Source: a virus (lineage: Duplodnaviria > Caudoviricetes). Taken from it: DNA of 37,752 bases. Below are positions 27,948 through 36,617 of this stretch, in pieces. Under the pieces are notes generated by a model, which had not been told where the DNA came from, ran no database searches, and saw only the letters and a list, made by a program, of their open reading frames with translations. The DNA is taken from the IMG/VR virus record IMGVR_UViG_3300044846_003459, positions 1 through 37,752 of that record, one strand, 5' to 3'. The position numbers and the translations under genes are program-made. Every line of letters begins with the position of its first letter. Positions within the stretch are counted from its first letter, which is position 1.

Positions 27948-28087
27948 CGTTTCTTTGGGGGAGTGTGCGTGAGAACTTTGCTGGCTGCCGTGTGCTTGGC
28001 TCCAGTCATCAAGGTCTTGCCGGTCTTGTGGGTGGGGCCGGTGTAGACCTTACCGCTTGGCAGGTAGTGTGTTTGGTTTTTGGCCAT
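27944..28087 (-). CDS. Small basic protein, 47 aa (MAKNQTHYLPSGKVYTGPTHK...)
   Basis: ATG at 28087 overlaps the upstream TAA, and the stop overlaps the next ATG. Confidence 0.65.
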   Translation of the reverse strand: MAKNQTHYLPSGKVYTGPTHKTGKTLMTGAKHTAASKVLTHTPPKKR

Positions 28088-28266
28088 TACCTGTATCCTC
28101 CGCCTTTGGATTTGTATTCGCGAGCCAAAAGCTGCGCTTTTCGAGCCGACCACTCCCCTGGATCTCCGCCTTTGCTACCGGCTTTGATCCTGTTGAACAG
28201 TTGCTTCCGCATGGTGGGCTTGGTGTAGTTGCCCGCAGAGTTTACCGTGCTCTTGGTCTTTTTCAT
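28087..28266 (-). CDS. Small basic protein (DUF5872-like, N-terminal part), 59 aa
   Basis: NYTKPTMRK...GGDPGEWSARKAQLLAREYKSKGGGY. Start reassigned to ATG 28266. Confidence 0.65.
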   Translation of the reverse strand: MKKTKSTVNSAGNYTKPTMRKQLFNRIKAGSKGGDPGEWSARKAQLLAREYKSKGGGYR

Positions 28267-28280
28267 GGGAATAGTGGAAA

Positions 28281-28310
28281 GGAGCGTGGCCACTTTTGCA
28301 GCCACGCTCC
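28281..28310 (-). terminator. Hairpin/terminator
   Basis: 10-bp stem GGAGCGTGGC/GCCACGCTCC followed by TTTCC. Confidence 0.45.
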
Positions 28311-28319
28311 CCGGTTGGC

Positions 28320-28424
28320 TCACTTTTTCTTGGCCATCTTCATGGCCATTTTCGTGGCCATCTTTTTGGCGACCTTTTTGGTCGCCATCTTTTTGCCGTA
28401 TCCGGCCATTTTGCTGTTTTTCAT
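28320..28424 (-). CDS. Tiny Lys/Met/Ala-rich peptide, 34 aa (MKNSKMAGYGKKMATKKVAKKMATKMAMKMAKKK)
   Basis: Manual translation, below the ORF-track cutoff. It fills the gap between neighbours and is followed by a hairpin. Confidence 0.65.
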   Translation of the reverse strand: MKNSKMAGYGKKMATKKVAKKMATKMAMKMAKKK

Positions 28425-28437
28425 AGGGAAGGGGATT

Positions 28438-28698
28438 TCACCATTTCACTTTGTTTGCCCAGAAGGCAGCGGACATCTTGCCCTTGGCGATGTTCCCGGC
28501 GTGGCGGGCCTTGAACGCCTTGTTCCGCTTGCTCCCGTCGGGCGAGCCGCTGACACCCTGCTGGCCGAAGCGGATCGTCTTCACCTGGTCGCCGGATTTG
28601 GCCACGACGACGTGGCTTTTGGTCGGATGACTGGGGGTCTTCTTCGGCTTGTTGTAGCCGGAGACGCCTGCGCGTGAAAGCCGGGAGTCCTTTTTCAC
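28438..28698 (-). CDS. Small basic protein, 86 aa
   Basis: GYNKPKKTPSHPTKSHVVVAK...IRFGQQG...FKARH...SAAFWANKVKW, a recurrent phage small basic protein type. Confidence 0.7.
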   Translation of the reverse strand: MKKDSRLSRAGVSGYNKPKKTPSHPTKSHVVVAKSGDQVKTIRFGQQGVSGSPDGSKRNKAFKARHAGNIAKGKMSAAFWANKVKW

Positions 28699-28701
28699 GG
28701 G

Positions 28702-28860
28702 TTACTTCTGGTTGAGGAGTTCGATCGCCTTGGTGGCTTGCGCCCCGTCAAGGCTGAAGGATTTCGCGCCGTCAGGTGAGACGGACATGGTGCAGCTCGA
28801 AAAAGCGAGCAGGAGCCAGCCAACGAGGGCGAGCCAGATCAAGGTACAGGTCAGTTTCAT
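28702..28860 (-). CDS. Small lipoprotein (spanin-like), 52 aa
   Basis: Hydrophobic signal plus lipobox-like LAFSS-C. A/C-rich leader before ATG 28860. Lysis-region context. Confidence 0.5.
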   Translation of the reverse strand: MKLTCTLIWLALVGWLLLAFSSCTMSVSPDGAKSFSLDGAQATKAIELLNQK

Positions 28861-28880
28861 GGTGCTGGTGTGTTTGGAGG

Positions 28881-29078
28881 TTACTTCTTCTTTTTCCAAC
28901 CGCGGACGATAGAGACGAGCGTTGTCATTGAGACGACCATGCCGAGAATCAAAGCTCCGCAGCGCAGGTAGTACTCGATGCTCTCCTGCATTGAGGTAAG
29001 CACTGACAGCACGCTGGCTCCGACGCCGACCGCGCCTTTCAAAAGTTCTGTTCCGTGATCGTGGAACAAGGCTTTCAC
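28881..29078 (-). CDS. Holin-like membrane protein
   Basis: 65 aa, two hydrophobic helices, basic C-terminal tail WKKKK. Confidence 0.55.
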   Translation of the reverse strand: MKALFHDHGTELLKGAVGVGASVLSVLTSMQESIEYYLRCGALILGMVVSMTTLVSIVRGWKKKK

Positions 29079-29275
29079 AGTTTCGTGACTTCGGTGGCGG
29101 ACTTGTCGATGTAGCTGCGAGCCGTATTGAGCCCTGCGGCGATGATCGCCAGGACGAAGACAGCGACTTGTTTCGAGTCACCGAAATCCACAGTCAGAAC
29201 CCCCGCGGACGCGGCGGTCACCATTGCGATCAGGACATACAGCACGAGGCGGACAGTAGATTGGGAAGAGGTCAT
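29075..29275 (-). CDS. Holin-like membrane protein
   Basis: 66 aa, two transmembrane segments, overlaps the next gene. Confidence 0.55.
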   Translation of the reverse strand: MTSSQSTVRLVLYVLIAMVTAASAGVLTVDFGDSKQVAVFVLAIIAAGLNTARSYIDKSATEVTKL

Positions 29276-29363
29276 GGGGATTCAGGTTACGGCGTAGAGC
29301 ACCGCGAGCGCGAGGATGACGAGGTGGAGGATGGTTTTCATGGTGGCCAGATGGTTGGGTTGG

Positions 29364-30680
29364 TTATTCCGGGTCGAAGAAAATGCCTGCTTGCCGGAAA
29401 TCGACATACCCGGCGGCGGAGGATTGGATGCCCACGGCGATCCACAATTGCGTCACGCTGGCATCCACCTCGAAGGGTTCGCTGACACAAACCAGCTCGG
29501 CCGCTTTCAGGGGGCTTGCCGTCGTGGTGCCGCCGCCCGCTGTAATGGGCCAAAGCCAATCCGACGTTTCCGGACTGCCCACCTGCTGCACGGCGACGAA
29601 AGCGCCAGTGATACCGGTGCCGGTCGGGATGCGGATTCGAGCAGCGGCGCGCACTCGCGTTCCCGCTAAGGGAATGCCGCTGGTGATTCGGGCGTAAAAC
29701 GCCCGGATGCCCGACGTGTTTTCTGCGCCGGTGGTTTCCAGTCGCTGCCACACCGTGCCGTCTGCGTCGGTTGTTTTGCTGGCCAATGGAGCGGCAACCC
29801 CATTGTTCAACCAGCTAGTCGCAAACCCCGACACGTTCCCGTCAACATATGGGTTCGGTGTCACCCAAAGACTAGACCCCCGTGGGGGAATCCTCCATGA
29901 GCTGGCAAATGCATACGCTTTCAGAGCGTCCCACAAATCCGCGCCGAACTGGAGGCCCAGCCGCATCGTCGGGTGCAGTCCGTCATTCGGAAACTCTGTT
30001 GCCGCCGCATAGCCAGACGAGTCCAGCACGACGAAATCATTCCACGGGCGGTATGACATTAGACCGTGCGCCTCCCATGACTCTTGGAGGATTTCGTTGA
30101 TCGCATTGACCTGATCCCGCTTTGCCGAGTTCCATCCCGCTGCGGTCGATGCCCTCTGCAAAATGTCCGTGCCGATCACCGGTTTCCCAGTCGCCACCAG
30201 TGCGTCCCAAACTGCAATGACGCTGGCCGCAATGGTCGCCGCGGAAGCTACACCGTCGATGTCATTTGTGCCGATGTGGACAATGATAACATCCGCATCA
30301 TCGGCCGCGGCCACGGCGTCGTTTATCGGCACCACGCCGTTCAACCAACCAGGACCGCCCGTAAGATAGGCCGCGGCTGAAATGCCGGAATAGGCGTGTT
30401 CCAAGTCGCTGGCGAACGCGTTGTCACGCGGGACGGGGATCATCCGTCCCGCCGAAATCAGACGTAAAGCCGTCGCCCAACCGGATGGGTCAAGAGACAG
30501 GTAATTGTAGTCCGCTGCATACCCGGAAGACCGGTCGGTAATGGAATCACCTACCGCAAGGAATTTTGTGACCCGCCCAAGAACGCCGAGTTTGTCGCGG
30601 AACGCCGCCGGATCGTCGATGCCCGTGCCGTCGCCGGAGACGCCCCCGTGAACAAACCCTTTACCTTGTAGGAAACTCAT
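29364..30680 (-). CDS. SGNH/GDSL hydrolase with C-terminal beta-sandwich (virion-associated esterase)
   Basis: Block I AVGDSIT, block III IGTNDI, block V DGLHP. Confidence 0.8.
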   Translation of the reverse strand: MSFLQGKGFVHGGVSGDGTGIDDPAAFRDKLGVLGRVTKFLAVGDSITDRSSGYAADYNYLSLDPSGWATALRLISAGRMIPVPRDNAFASDLEHAYSGISAAAYLTGGPGWLNGVVPINDAVAAADDADVIIVHIGTNDIDGVASAATIAASVIAVWDALVATGKPVIGTDILQRASTAAGWNSAKRDQVNAINEILQESWEAHGLMSYRPWNDFVVLDSSGYAAATEFPNDGLHPTMRLGLQFGADLWDALKAYAFASSWRIPPRGSSLWVTPNPYVDGNVSGFATSWLNNGVAAPLASKTTDADGTVWQRLETTGAENTSGIRAFYARITSGIPLAGTRVRAAARIRIPTGTGITGAFVAVQQVGSPETSDWLWPITAGGGTTTASPLKAAELVCVSEPFEVDASVTQLWIAVGIQSSAAGYVDFRQAGIFFDPE

Positions 30681-30686
30681 GGTCGT

Positions 30687-30932
30687 TCAGTGTTGGAGTG
30701 CGATGCGGATGTTGGCCGTGGTCGCGGTCGTGATGCGGGCCTTGTAACTCGGCACGCTGACCTCCTCACCCGGCGTGGAGATGACCTGGGTGGCCCCAAA
30801 CGTCTTGGTGTTAGGGTCGAACCAAGCCAAAGCCAGCTCCGCGGTGGTCTGAATGAAGACCGTCCTGCCCACAGGCATGTTCGGCACGTCCTTGGATGCG
30901 GTGACAAGTCCTTCGTCGATGAGCAGGCTCAT
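30687..30932 (-). CDS. Hypothetical protein, 81 aa
   Basis: High-GC3 ORF with beta-strand pattern. Confidence 0.6.
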   Translation of the reverse strand: MSLLIDEGLVTASKDVPNMPVGRTVFIQTTAELALAWFDPNTKTFGATQVISTPGEEVSVPSYKARITTATTANIRIALQH

Positions 30933-30973
30933 GCCCGCTGTCTAGCCGATCGGGAGACCCGTGGCAACAGGAA

Positions 30974-31008
30974 AAGGCCGCGCCGGGACGCACACCCGAC
31001 GCGGCCTT
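30974..31008 (-). terminator. Rho-independent terminator
   Basis: AAGGCCGCGTCGGG..CCCGGCGCGGCCTT stem followed by TTCCTGTT. Confidence 0.6.
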
Positions 31009-31184
31009 CAACCCAGGGAACGTGCAAGCAGCCTACCAAGATGCTTGCGACCGACCATGACCACCGCATCGTCACCGACCTTCTCCCGAAGCTCCGCAAC
31101 GGTCATCGACACCAGAACGGTGTCGCGTTTTCCGCCGCGCTTTTTAGGCTCCGGTTTCGGGATGTTGACTTTGAGGACGGCCAT
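31008..31184 (-). CDS. Small basic hypothetical protein, 58 aa (MAVLKVNIPKPEPKKRGGKR...)
   Basis: Manual translation. It has its own upstream promoter motif and a downstream terminator. Confidence 0.6.
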   Translation of the reverse strand: MAVLKVNIPKPEPKKRGGKRDTVLVSMTVAELREKVGDDAVVMVGRKHLGRLLARSLG

Positions 31185-31190
31185 TGACGG

Positions 31191-31222
31191 CGTGATAATC
31201 GACCGATTATCTCACCGGTCAA
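31191..31222 (-). promoter_or_regulatory. Promoter-like motif TTGACC-N16-GATTAT with palindrome GATAATCG..CGATTATC
   Basis: Same layout as the motifs at about 13970 and 36270. Confidence 0.55.
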
Positions 31223-32346
31223 GGAGAATCGCCCAGCCGGACGGCGATCATGCCCGCGAACAGTGGGGTCAGATTGACTGACCCGCCGTGGCTGTGCCAG
31301 AACGCCAGCTTAACGTGCCCGTCGGTGCCTGCGACGCTGCTGATGTCGATGATCGCCGTGCCGCCCATGAAATGGACATCCGAGGAATTTGCAATTTTCG
31401 TTGCCGCCTGCCCGGAAGCGACCGCGGTGCTGTTGACCATCACCGCTCCATAGATCGTCACGTTGTTGGTCCCTGATGACAGGGACATCGACCAGTCCAC
31501 CTTGTAGCGGCCGGTGCGGGTCACCGCGATGCGGTTGTTGACCTTGTCCGAGGTGCAGTCGTTGGACGCGTCATTGAAGCCCTGGGCCGTGTTGAACACG
31601 GTCACCGCTACCGGAGTGCTCCCGTTCGCCACGGCTTGCGCGGTGACGCCGTCGTCCAGTCCGATCCCGGCGTAGCTGGACGGGTGTGGGTTGAACGGGG
31701 ACTCGATGTGGGTCTCAATGTCCGCAAGGATAGGAGCCAGAGCTGCGATCTCCGCATCCAGGGTAGTCGTCTGCACCGCCGTTGAAAGCATCGCGAGATA
31801 GGCATCGCTGAAGTCGTTCTTGGACAGTCCCTTGCCCGCGACCTTGTCCACCTTGCCGCTTAGGTCTACCCCCGGCTGCCAGACGCCGTTGGTCGAGTCC
31901 CAGTGGTAGACCTTCAGGTCGGTGCCGAGGACCTGGACGTGGGCGTAGTCACCCGCGTTGCCCGCCGGGACCGCCGCTTCGAGGTTCGCCAGCGTCGTGT
32001 AAGCTCCTCGGTAAGTCGCAGTGCCCAGGGCGTCGAGCTTGGCCTTCAGCACCGTCGTGAAGTCCTGCTCGGACAAGCCCTTGCCTGCCACGGTGTTCTG
32101 CTTCCCGGCGAGCCCTGACGCCAGCGCGGACGCGGTGGCCAGCGCCGAGAGTAGCACGTTCGAGTTCTTGAGCACGTTGCCCGTGGTGCCGTTGAACAGA
32201 GCGATGGCGTCCGCCGTGGCGCTGCCAGGACCGGTCATGCTGCCTGCGGGGCCTGCCGGTCCCTCCGGTCCTTCAGGTCCGTTGTTGCGGACCACCGTTC
32301 GGGTGGCTCCACTGTTCTCGATGCGGATGGTGCGGGTGCTGCTCAC
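31219..32346 (-). CDS. Tail fibre-like protein, 375 aa
   Basis: Short collagen-like GPEGPEGPAGPAG, two GKGLS.xDF fibre motifs, C-terminal beta-rich tip. Confidence 0.65.
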   Translation of the reverse strand: MSSTRTIRIENSGATRTVVRNNGPEGPEGPAGPAGSMTGPGSATADAIALFNGTTGNVLKNSNVLLSALATASALASGLAGKQNTVAGKGLSEQDFTTVLKAKLDALGTATYRGAYTTLANLEAAVPAGNAGDYAHVQVLGTDLKVYHWDSTNGVWQPGVDLSGKVDKVAGKGLSKNDFSDAYLAMLSTAVQTTTLDAEIAALAPILADIETHIESPFNPHPSSYAGIGLDDGVTAQAVANGSTPVAVTVFNTAQGFNDASNDCTSDKVNNRIAVTRTGRYKVDWSMSLSSGTNNVTIYGAVMVNSTAVASGQAATKIANSSDVHFMGGTAIIDISSVAGTDGHVKLAFWHSHGGSVNLTPLFAGMIAVRLGDSP

Positions 32347-32696
32347 GGCTCGGGTTCAGGCTCGGGTTCAGGCTCGGGTTCAGGCTCCGTTACGGGCGCG
32401 TTCTGCGCAGCGATCCAAGCCCGCAGCGGTTCGACGGCATCAAGCACCGCCTGCATCGCCGCTGCCACCTCGGGCACCTCTGCGACGGCATCCCAGAGGC
32501 GGTCGGTCTCGATGTTTTCCAACAACTCGCCGGGTCCGATCTTCGGCACGGTCGGATCGAACGGCAGGAGCTGGATCTGCACGCGGCCCGAGTTGATCGC
32601 GGGCGAATGCACGACGAGGTTGTAAATCCACTGCTCGGTGTAGGTCTCGCCGGGGACGGGCGGGACGACGATGGGCTGCTCGGGGATGATGGGCAT
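32343..32696 (-). CDS. Fibre-associated/chaperone-like protein with (EP)n tail
   Basis: 117 aa directly after the fibre gene, ending in a C-terminal EPEPEP repeat. Confidence 0.55.
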   Translation of the reverse strand: MPIIPEQPIVVPPVPGETYTEQWIYNLVVHSPAINSGRVQIQLLPFDPTVPKIGPGELLENIETDRLWDAVAEVPEVAAAMQAVLDAVEPLRAWIAAQNAPVTEPEPEPEPEPEPEP

Positions 32697-32702
32697 GGGA
32701 GT

Positions 32703-34532
32703 TTAAGCGTTGATCCAGTTGGAGCCGTTATAGAAGACGGGCGTGACGGTTGATCCGCCGCCCGCCGCGTTGGCCATGTAAAGAGGCAGTGCCGCGCCAT
32801 CGGTGATGTAGGCACGCATTCCTTGGGTGGCTGGCGAGGGTAGATTCGCAAAAGTGTAGCCGCCGGTTTGGATGGTGCCGCTGGCGGTGAGGTTGCGGAG
32901 CTTTAGGTCGCGGAACTCGCCTGAGGTGTTGTTGTTAATTTCTACGACACCAGATGCCGACCTCTGAATTGCAACGCTTTTACTAGTAGATGGATTTGTT
33001 GTGTCCGACCACGAAACCCCCAGTCCTGCCTGATTGCCATACTGTAAACCAAAAAACGACAGGTTGATTTTAGTGGCGGTTCCAGCCAAAGTGGAAAATT
33101 CCGCACCATCTAATTTAATCGAACTGTTTTGAATTATGCCGCTTAAGGTAACTTCCCCCCCAGCCGCAACAGTCACTCTCGTCGCCCCGCCCGTGACGAA
33201 CTCCAGCCTGTTGTCCACCGCCCCCGTACCCGCGCCTTCCGCGACGATCTGCGCCACGCCCGCCGAGGACATCTTCAGCGCGAGGCGGCGGTAGTCTCCT
33301 GCGCCGGTGTAGGTGCCGTAGATGCGGGATTCTTGCTGCGCGGTGCCGTTGCGCTGGGCTAGGGTGTTGGCGGCTCCGTCGCGGAGAATCTGTAAATCAA
33401 GAGCGCCTGTGGCATCTCCAGAAGCCGAAAAACCCAAATATCCAGTGTTTGAAATCCCGAGTCTGCCGCCAGTCTGCAAGAACACTCCTGTAGAAGAAGA
33501 TGTAATGCTGGCAAAATTCGATCCGCTAGAAGATGCGTTAATGGATGCGCATGTGAGCAACCCATCTTTTCTGAATTTAGCCCGACTCACCCCGCTCACC
33601 TGAAAATCCGCCAGCAGCGATGCCGCATTGCTGGCGGTGTCGGTGATGTTGACCTGCAAACCGGTGTAAGTCACAGCCGCGTTTGTCCACGTCTGGGTGA
33701 GCGTGAGAGGCTGCGAGGTGGCGATACTGCCGGTTGCGAAGGTTGCGCTTGATGCGCTGATCGTCAGCGCCCCGCCGCTGATCGTCGTGCCGCCAGCGCC
33801 GGACACCGTTACAGTGCCGCTGCCGGTCGCGGTCAGGTTTGCCGCTGTGGTGGTCGCGACGTTGAAGTTTGCCCCGCCGACTTGGGAGTAGCTCCCGGAG
33901 TTGGTGTTGAGGCCCGAAAGGGCGATCCCGGCGATGCTCGGCGCAGTGCCGAAGACCAGCGCCCCGGTGCCCGTCTCGTCGGTGACCAGCGTCCGAAGGT
34001 TGGCGCTGCTCGGAGTGCTGGTGAAGGTGTCGAAGCCCGCGGCTCGCGTGACCCCGGCCCAGCTCGTCAGGTCGGCGTCGAGCGACTGCTTGCCGTCGAG
34101 GATGGTCTGCAACCCGGTGACATCCGAGATCGAGTGGGTGTGGGAGATGACCCCGCCGCCGCCGGGGACGAAGCTGTAGGTCGCGTTGGCCGGGTCGGTC
34201 GGGTGGTCCCGCACCGCGATGGGCTCGGGCTCCACGTAGACGTGGTCGTCCCCGGCCGGGTCGGTGGCGACGATGTCCCACCAGTAGTCCCCGGTGGCGA
34301 GGCTGCGCGTGAACTCGCGCTCGTGGCGGATGGCCACGGTGCCAGACGCTGGCACCGGGAAGGTGACGTTGAGGTTCGCCACCAGCTTGTTGCCGACCCG
34401 CGTGCGGATCTGGCTGCGGATCGTCCACCCAGTGTGGTTCGTCGGCACGTTGCCCGGATCGCCTTCCCCGACGTAGGTGTCGAAGATTGTGAGATCAAAG
34501 GCCCAGGTGCGGTTGCGGACGATCGTGAGCAT
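32703..34532 (-). CDS. Tail fibre protein, 609 aa
   Basis: Start at ATG 34532 after a terminator. N-terminal attachment domain (YWWDIV), HTHSISDVTGLQ and DETGTGALVFGT fibre motifs, G/T/S-rich body. Confidence 0.75.
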   Translation of the reverse strand: MLTIVRNRTWAFDLTIFDTYVGEGDPGNVPTNHTGWTIRSQIRTRVGNKLVANLNVTFPVPASGTVAIRHEREFTRSLATGDYWWDIVATDPAGDDHVYVEPEPIAVRDHPTDPANATYSFVPGGGGVISHTHSISDVTGLQTILDGKQSLDADLTSWAGVTRAAGFDTFTSTPSSANLRTLVTDETGTGALVFGTAPSIAGIALSGLNTNSGSYSQVGGANFNVATTTAANLTATGSGTVTVSGAGGTTISGGALTISASSATFATGSIATSQPLTLTQTWTNAAVTYTGLQVNITDTASNAASLLADFQVSGVSRAKFRKDGLLTCASINASSSGSNFASITSSSTGVFLQTGGRLGISNTGYLGFSASGDATGALDLQILRDGAANTLAQRNGTAQQESRIYGTYTGAGDYRRLALKMSSAGVAQIVAEGAGTGAVDNRLEFVTGGATRVTVAAGGEVTLSGIIQNSSIKLDGAEFSTLAGTATKINLSFFGLQYGNQAGLGVSWSDTTNPSTSKSVAIQRSASGVVEINNNTSGEFRDLKLRNLTASGTIQTGGYTFANLPSPATQGMRAYITDGAALPLYMANAAGGGSTVTPVFYNGSNWINA

Positions 34533-34547
34533 GGAAAAAGAAAGGGT

Positions 34548-34579
34548 TGCGGCCCCGCTCGGGGAGGAACGGGGCCGCA
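34548..34579 (-). terminator. Rho-independent terminator
   Basis: TGCGGCCCCG/CGGGGCCGCA stem followed by CCCTTTCTTTTT. Confidence 0.65.
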
Positions 34580-34591
34580 GGAGGGGGTGGA

Positions 34592-34981
34592 TTACGCTTC
34601 GACGGTCCAGGTGCCGTCGATCGGGCCGACGTAGTCCCATGTGCCTTTCACGATGCAGACGTAGGTAGCGGACTCGCCAAGGGCGTCTGCCGTGATATAC
34701 TTGCCTGCGGCCTGCTGCACGCCCGAGGAAGGCAAGGCCAGCGTCTCAGTCCCGTTCGGGTCAAGGCGAAGCTCCTGCGCGGCTTTGACGACGGCGGTTA
34801 CTTGCAGACCCGGCTCGGCCTTCGGCAGAGCGAATGTGACGGCACCGGATGCCCCGGCGTTGGACACGACCACGCCGCGAACGGCTTGGGCGCGGGTGAT
34901 AGTCGTGCTTGCGGTGGCGACGACGACAGGGGTGATCTGCTCGGATTGAAGCCTGGTGAGCCAGGCGATGATCGTTTTCAT
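34592..34981 (-). CDS. Putative decoration/fibre-domain protein, 129 aa
   Basis: ATG at 34981 after an A/C-rich leader. SNAGASGAVTFALP motif. Monocistronic between two hairpins. Confidence 0.55.
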   Translation of the reverse strand: MKTIIAWLTRLQSEQITPVVVATASTTITRAQAVRGVVVSNAGASGAVTFALPKAEPGLQVTAVVKAAQELRLDPNGTETLALPSSGVQQAAGKYITADALGESATYVCIVKGTWDYVGPIDGTWTVEA

Positions 34982-35075
34982 GTTTTCGATGTGGTTGCGG
35001 TTTAGCGGACGCCCCCGCAGGAGTGCGGAGGGATGCGAAGGCAGTAGAGCCGAAGGGGTGCGGTTTGCCAAGCAG

Positions 35076-35105
35076 AAAGCCCCGGCCTTGATGGGCCGGG
35101 GCTTT
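35076..35105. terminator. Bidirectional-type terminator hairpin
   Basis: Perfect 12-bp inverted repeat AAAGCCCCGGCC/GGCCGGGGCTTT. Confidence 0.65.
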
Positions 35106-35162
35106 GCGTGGACCGAGAGATGGCTGCCCCGTTATCCGGGCACCCGTCGTTCCGGCTGGAAA

Positions 35163-35483
35163 TCAGGCATCGGCGTCTTTCGCCACCTTCTTCTTGGCCG
35201 CCTTCTTCTTGGGCTTGGGCTCGGCCAGGATGTTCACCAACAGACTCTTGTCCTCCGGGTCGAAGGCAGGCTCGTCGAGGTCGGACGGCGCGGTCGAGAA
35301 GTGCGGCTCAACCGGGGGCTCCGGCGCGGGCGGCTCCTCGAACACGAGGTCTTCCGTCGGGACGGTCACCGAGACCTCCTTGGCGGCTCCTTGGACCACG
35401 CAGGCCCGGACGCCACGGTTGACCACCTCGACCACCACGCCCGCTGCCAGGCCCATCTGTGCTGTCTTCAATGTTGCTTTCAT
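35163..35483 (-). CDS. Hypothetical protein with KKKAAKKK tail
   Basis: 106 aa, ATGA-coupled to the upstream gene. Confidence 0.65.
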   Translation of the reverse strand: MKATLKTAQMGLAAGVVVEVVNRGVRACVVQGAAKEVSVTVPTEDLVFEEPPAPEPPVEPHFSTAPSDLDEPAFDPEDKSLLVNILAEPKPKKKAAKKKVAKDADA

Positions 35484-36250
35484 TGTGTTGAAACTTCTGG
35501 GAGATCCCTAACCGGAACCGGGATGTCGGTCAACTTCCCCGTCTCTCGGTCCATCCAGGACTCACAAAGGACGACCCACCCTTCAGGGTAGTTCAAGACG
35601 ACCCCGTAGTCGGGAGCGGTTCGGCCGCTGCGGCACCACCTCTGGCCCACGTAGACAAGATCCGGCTTGGCCGCCACCTCCGCCGGGGGCTCCGGCGGCA
35701 TATTGCGGGCCAAGGTCTCGTTCTCGCGGAGCAGCTCGTTGTTCTTGGCGACCTCCTTGTCATACCGCTCGCGCCATGTCGTCACGTCCGCCATGAGCTG
35801 CTTGATCCGCTTCGGCAACCGGGCATACTCGGGGGGCACTCCGGTCAGCACGTTCACTCCCGTGGGGCTTCCGTCCGACCCGAGGATGCGGTGGATCTCC
35901 CCCAGCACGTTCAGACGGCAGGCAGCGTGGTTGTCAGCGGTGACCACCTCATTTTTGAGGTAATCGCACCGGAGAATCAGATCATCCCAAGACCGGTTGG
36001 CGTCGTTGGCCAGCCGCAGCCGCTCCAGCAGCCGCTCGAACTGGGGGCGGGAGTCGTCATGCGCAGGGGGTGGCAGCAGCTCGGCGATCCCCCGTTCCAT
36101 CATCGAGCGGCGATCGACTTCTCCATTAAGGCTCTCGGATGCTTTCTTGAGGCGGGACTCCAGCTCCTTATCGCGCTCGATGGCGCGGGCGGCGGTTTCC
36201 ATCAGGTCGGCAGTTTGGCGCAGGTGCGCGGCGTGGTCAGCGGGGTTCAT
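35480..36250 (-). CDS. Hypothetical coiled-coil protein
   Basis: Long ORF, likely ATG at 36250 just after a promoter motif. Confidence 0.65.
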   Translation of the reverse strand: MNPADHAAHLRQTADLMETAARAIERDKELESRLKKASESLNGEVDRRSMMERGIAELLPPPAHDDSRPQFERLLERLRLANDANRSWDDLILRCDYLKNEVVTADNHAACRLNVLGEIHRILGSDGSPTGVNVLTGVPPEYARLPKRIKQLMADVTTWRERYDKEVAKNNELLRENETLARNMPPEPPAEVAAKPDLVYVGQRWCRSGRTAPDYGVVLNYPEGWVVLCESWMDRETGKLTDIPVPVRDLPEVSTQ

Positions 36251-36256
36251 GGTGGG

Positions 36257-36288
36257 CACGATAATAGGGACGTTAATTGCTTCGTCAA
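36257..36288 (-). promoter_or_regulatory. Sigma70-like promoter TTGACG-N16-TATTAT
   Basis: 5/6 matches at both hexamers in an AT-rich island. Shares the ATTATCRYG extension with two other sites. Confidence 0.65.
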
Positions 36289-36302
36289 TAGCGAAGATAA
36301 TT

Positions 36303-36352
36303 GGGGGTTCCTTGATGCCCCCTATGGGGGGGTTCCTTGATGCCCCCTATGG
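36303..36352. repeat. 2 x 25-bp tandem repeat
   Basis: gggggttccttgatgccccctatgg occurs twice. Confidence 0.9.
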
Positions 36353-36373
36353 GGGTCGGGATCTTTGCTGAGA

Positions 36374-36455
36374 TCGATGGTCGCCAGCTTCTCCTCTTAT
36401 CTGTAGCGCGGATTCGATGGTCGCCAGCTTCTCCTCTTATCTGTAGCGCGGATTC
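36374..36455. repeat. 2 x 40-bp perfect tandem repeat
   Basis: tcgatggtcgccagcttctcctcttatctgtagcgcggat occurs twice. Confidence 0.9.
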
Positions 36456-36617
36456 TGGGGTTTAGCGGCTAGGGGCGAAAATGGTCTCAGTCTATCCCCA
36501 CCGCTATCGGTCTCGGTCTCGCCTGGCAATCGCACCGCCAAGCCCCGGCACCCTCTCGCCCCTCACTCCCGGGGGACCCTTGACCCCCGATGCCCCCCGC
36601 CGCCAGCCTCCCAGCCC

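Noticed and set aside
32703-34532. Diversity-generating retroelement target in the tail fibre
   Set aside because: No reverse transcriptase and no template/variable repeat pair is visible in the window.
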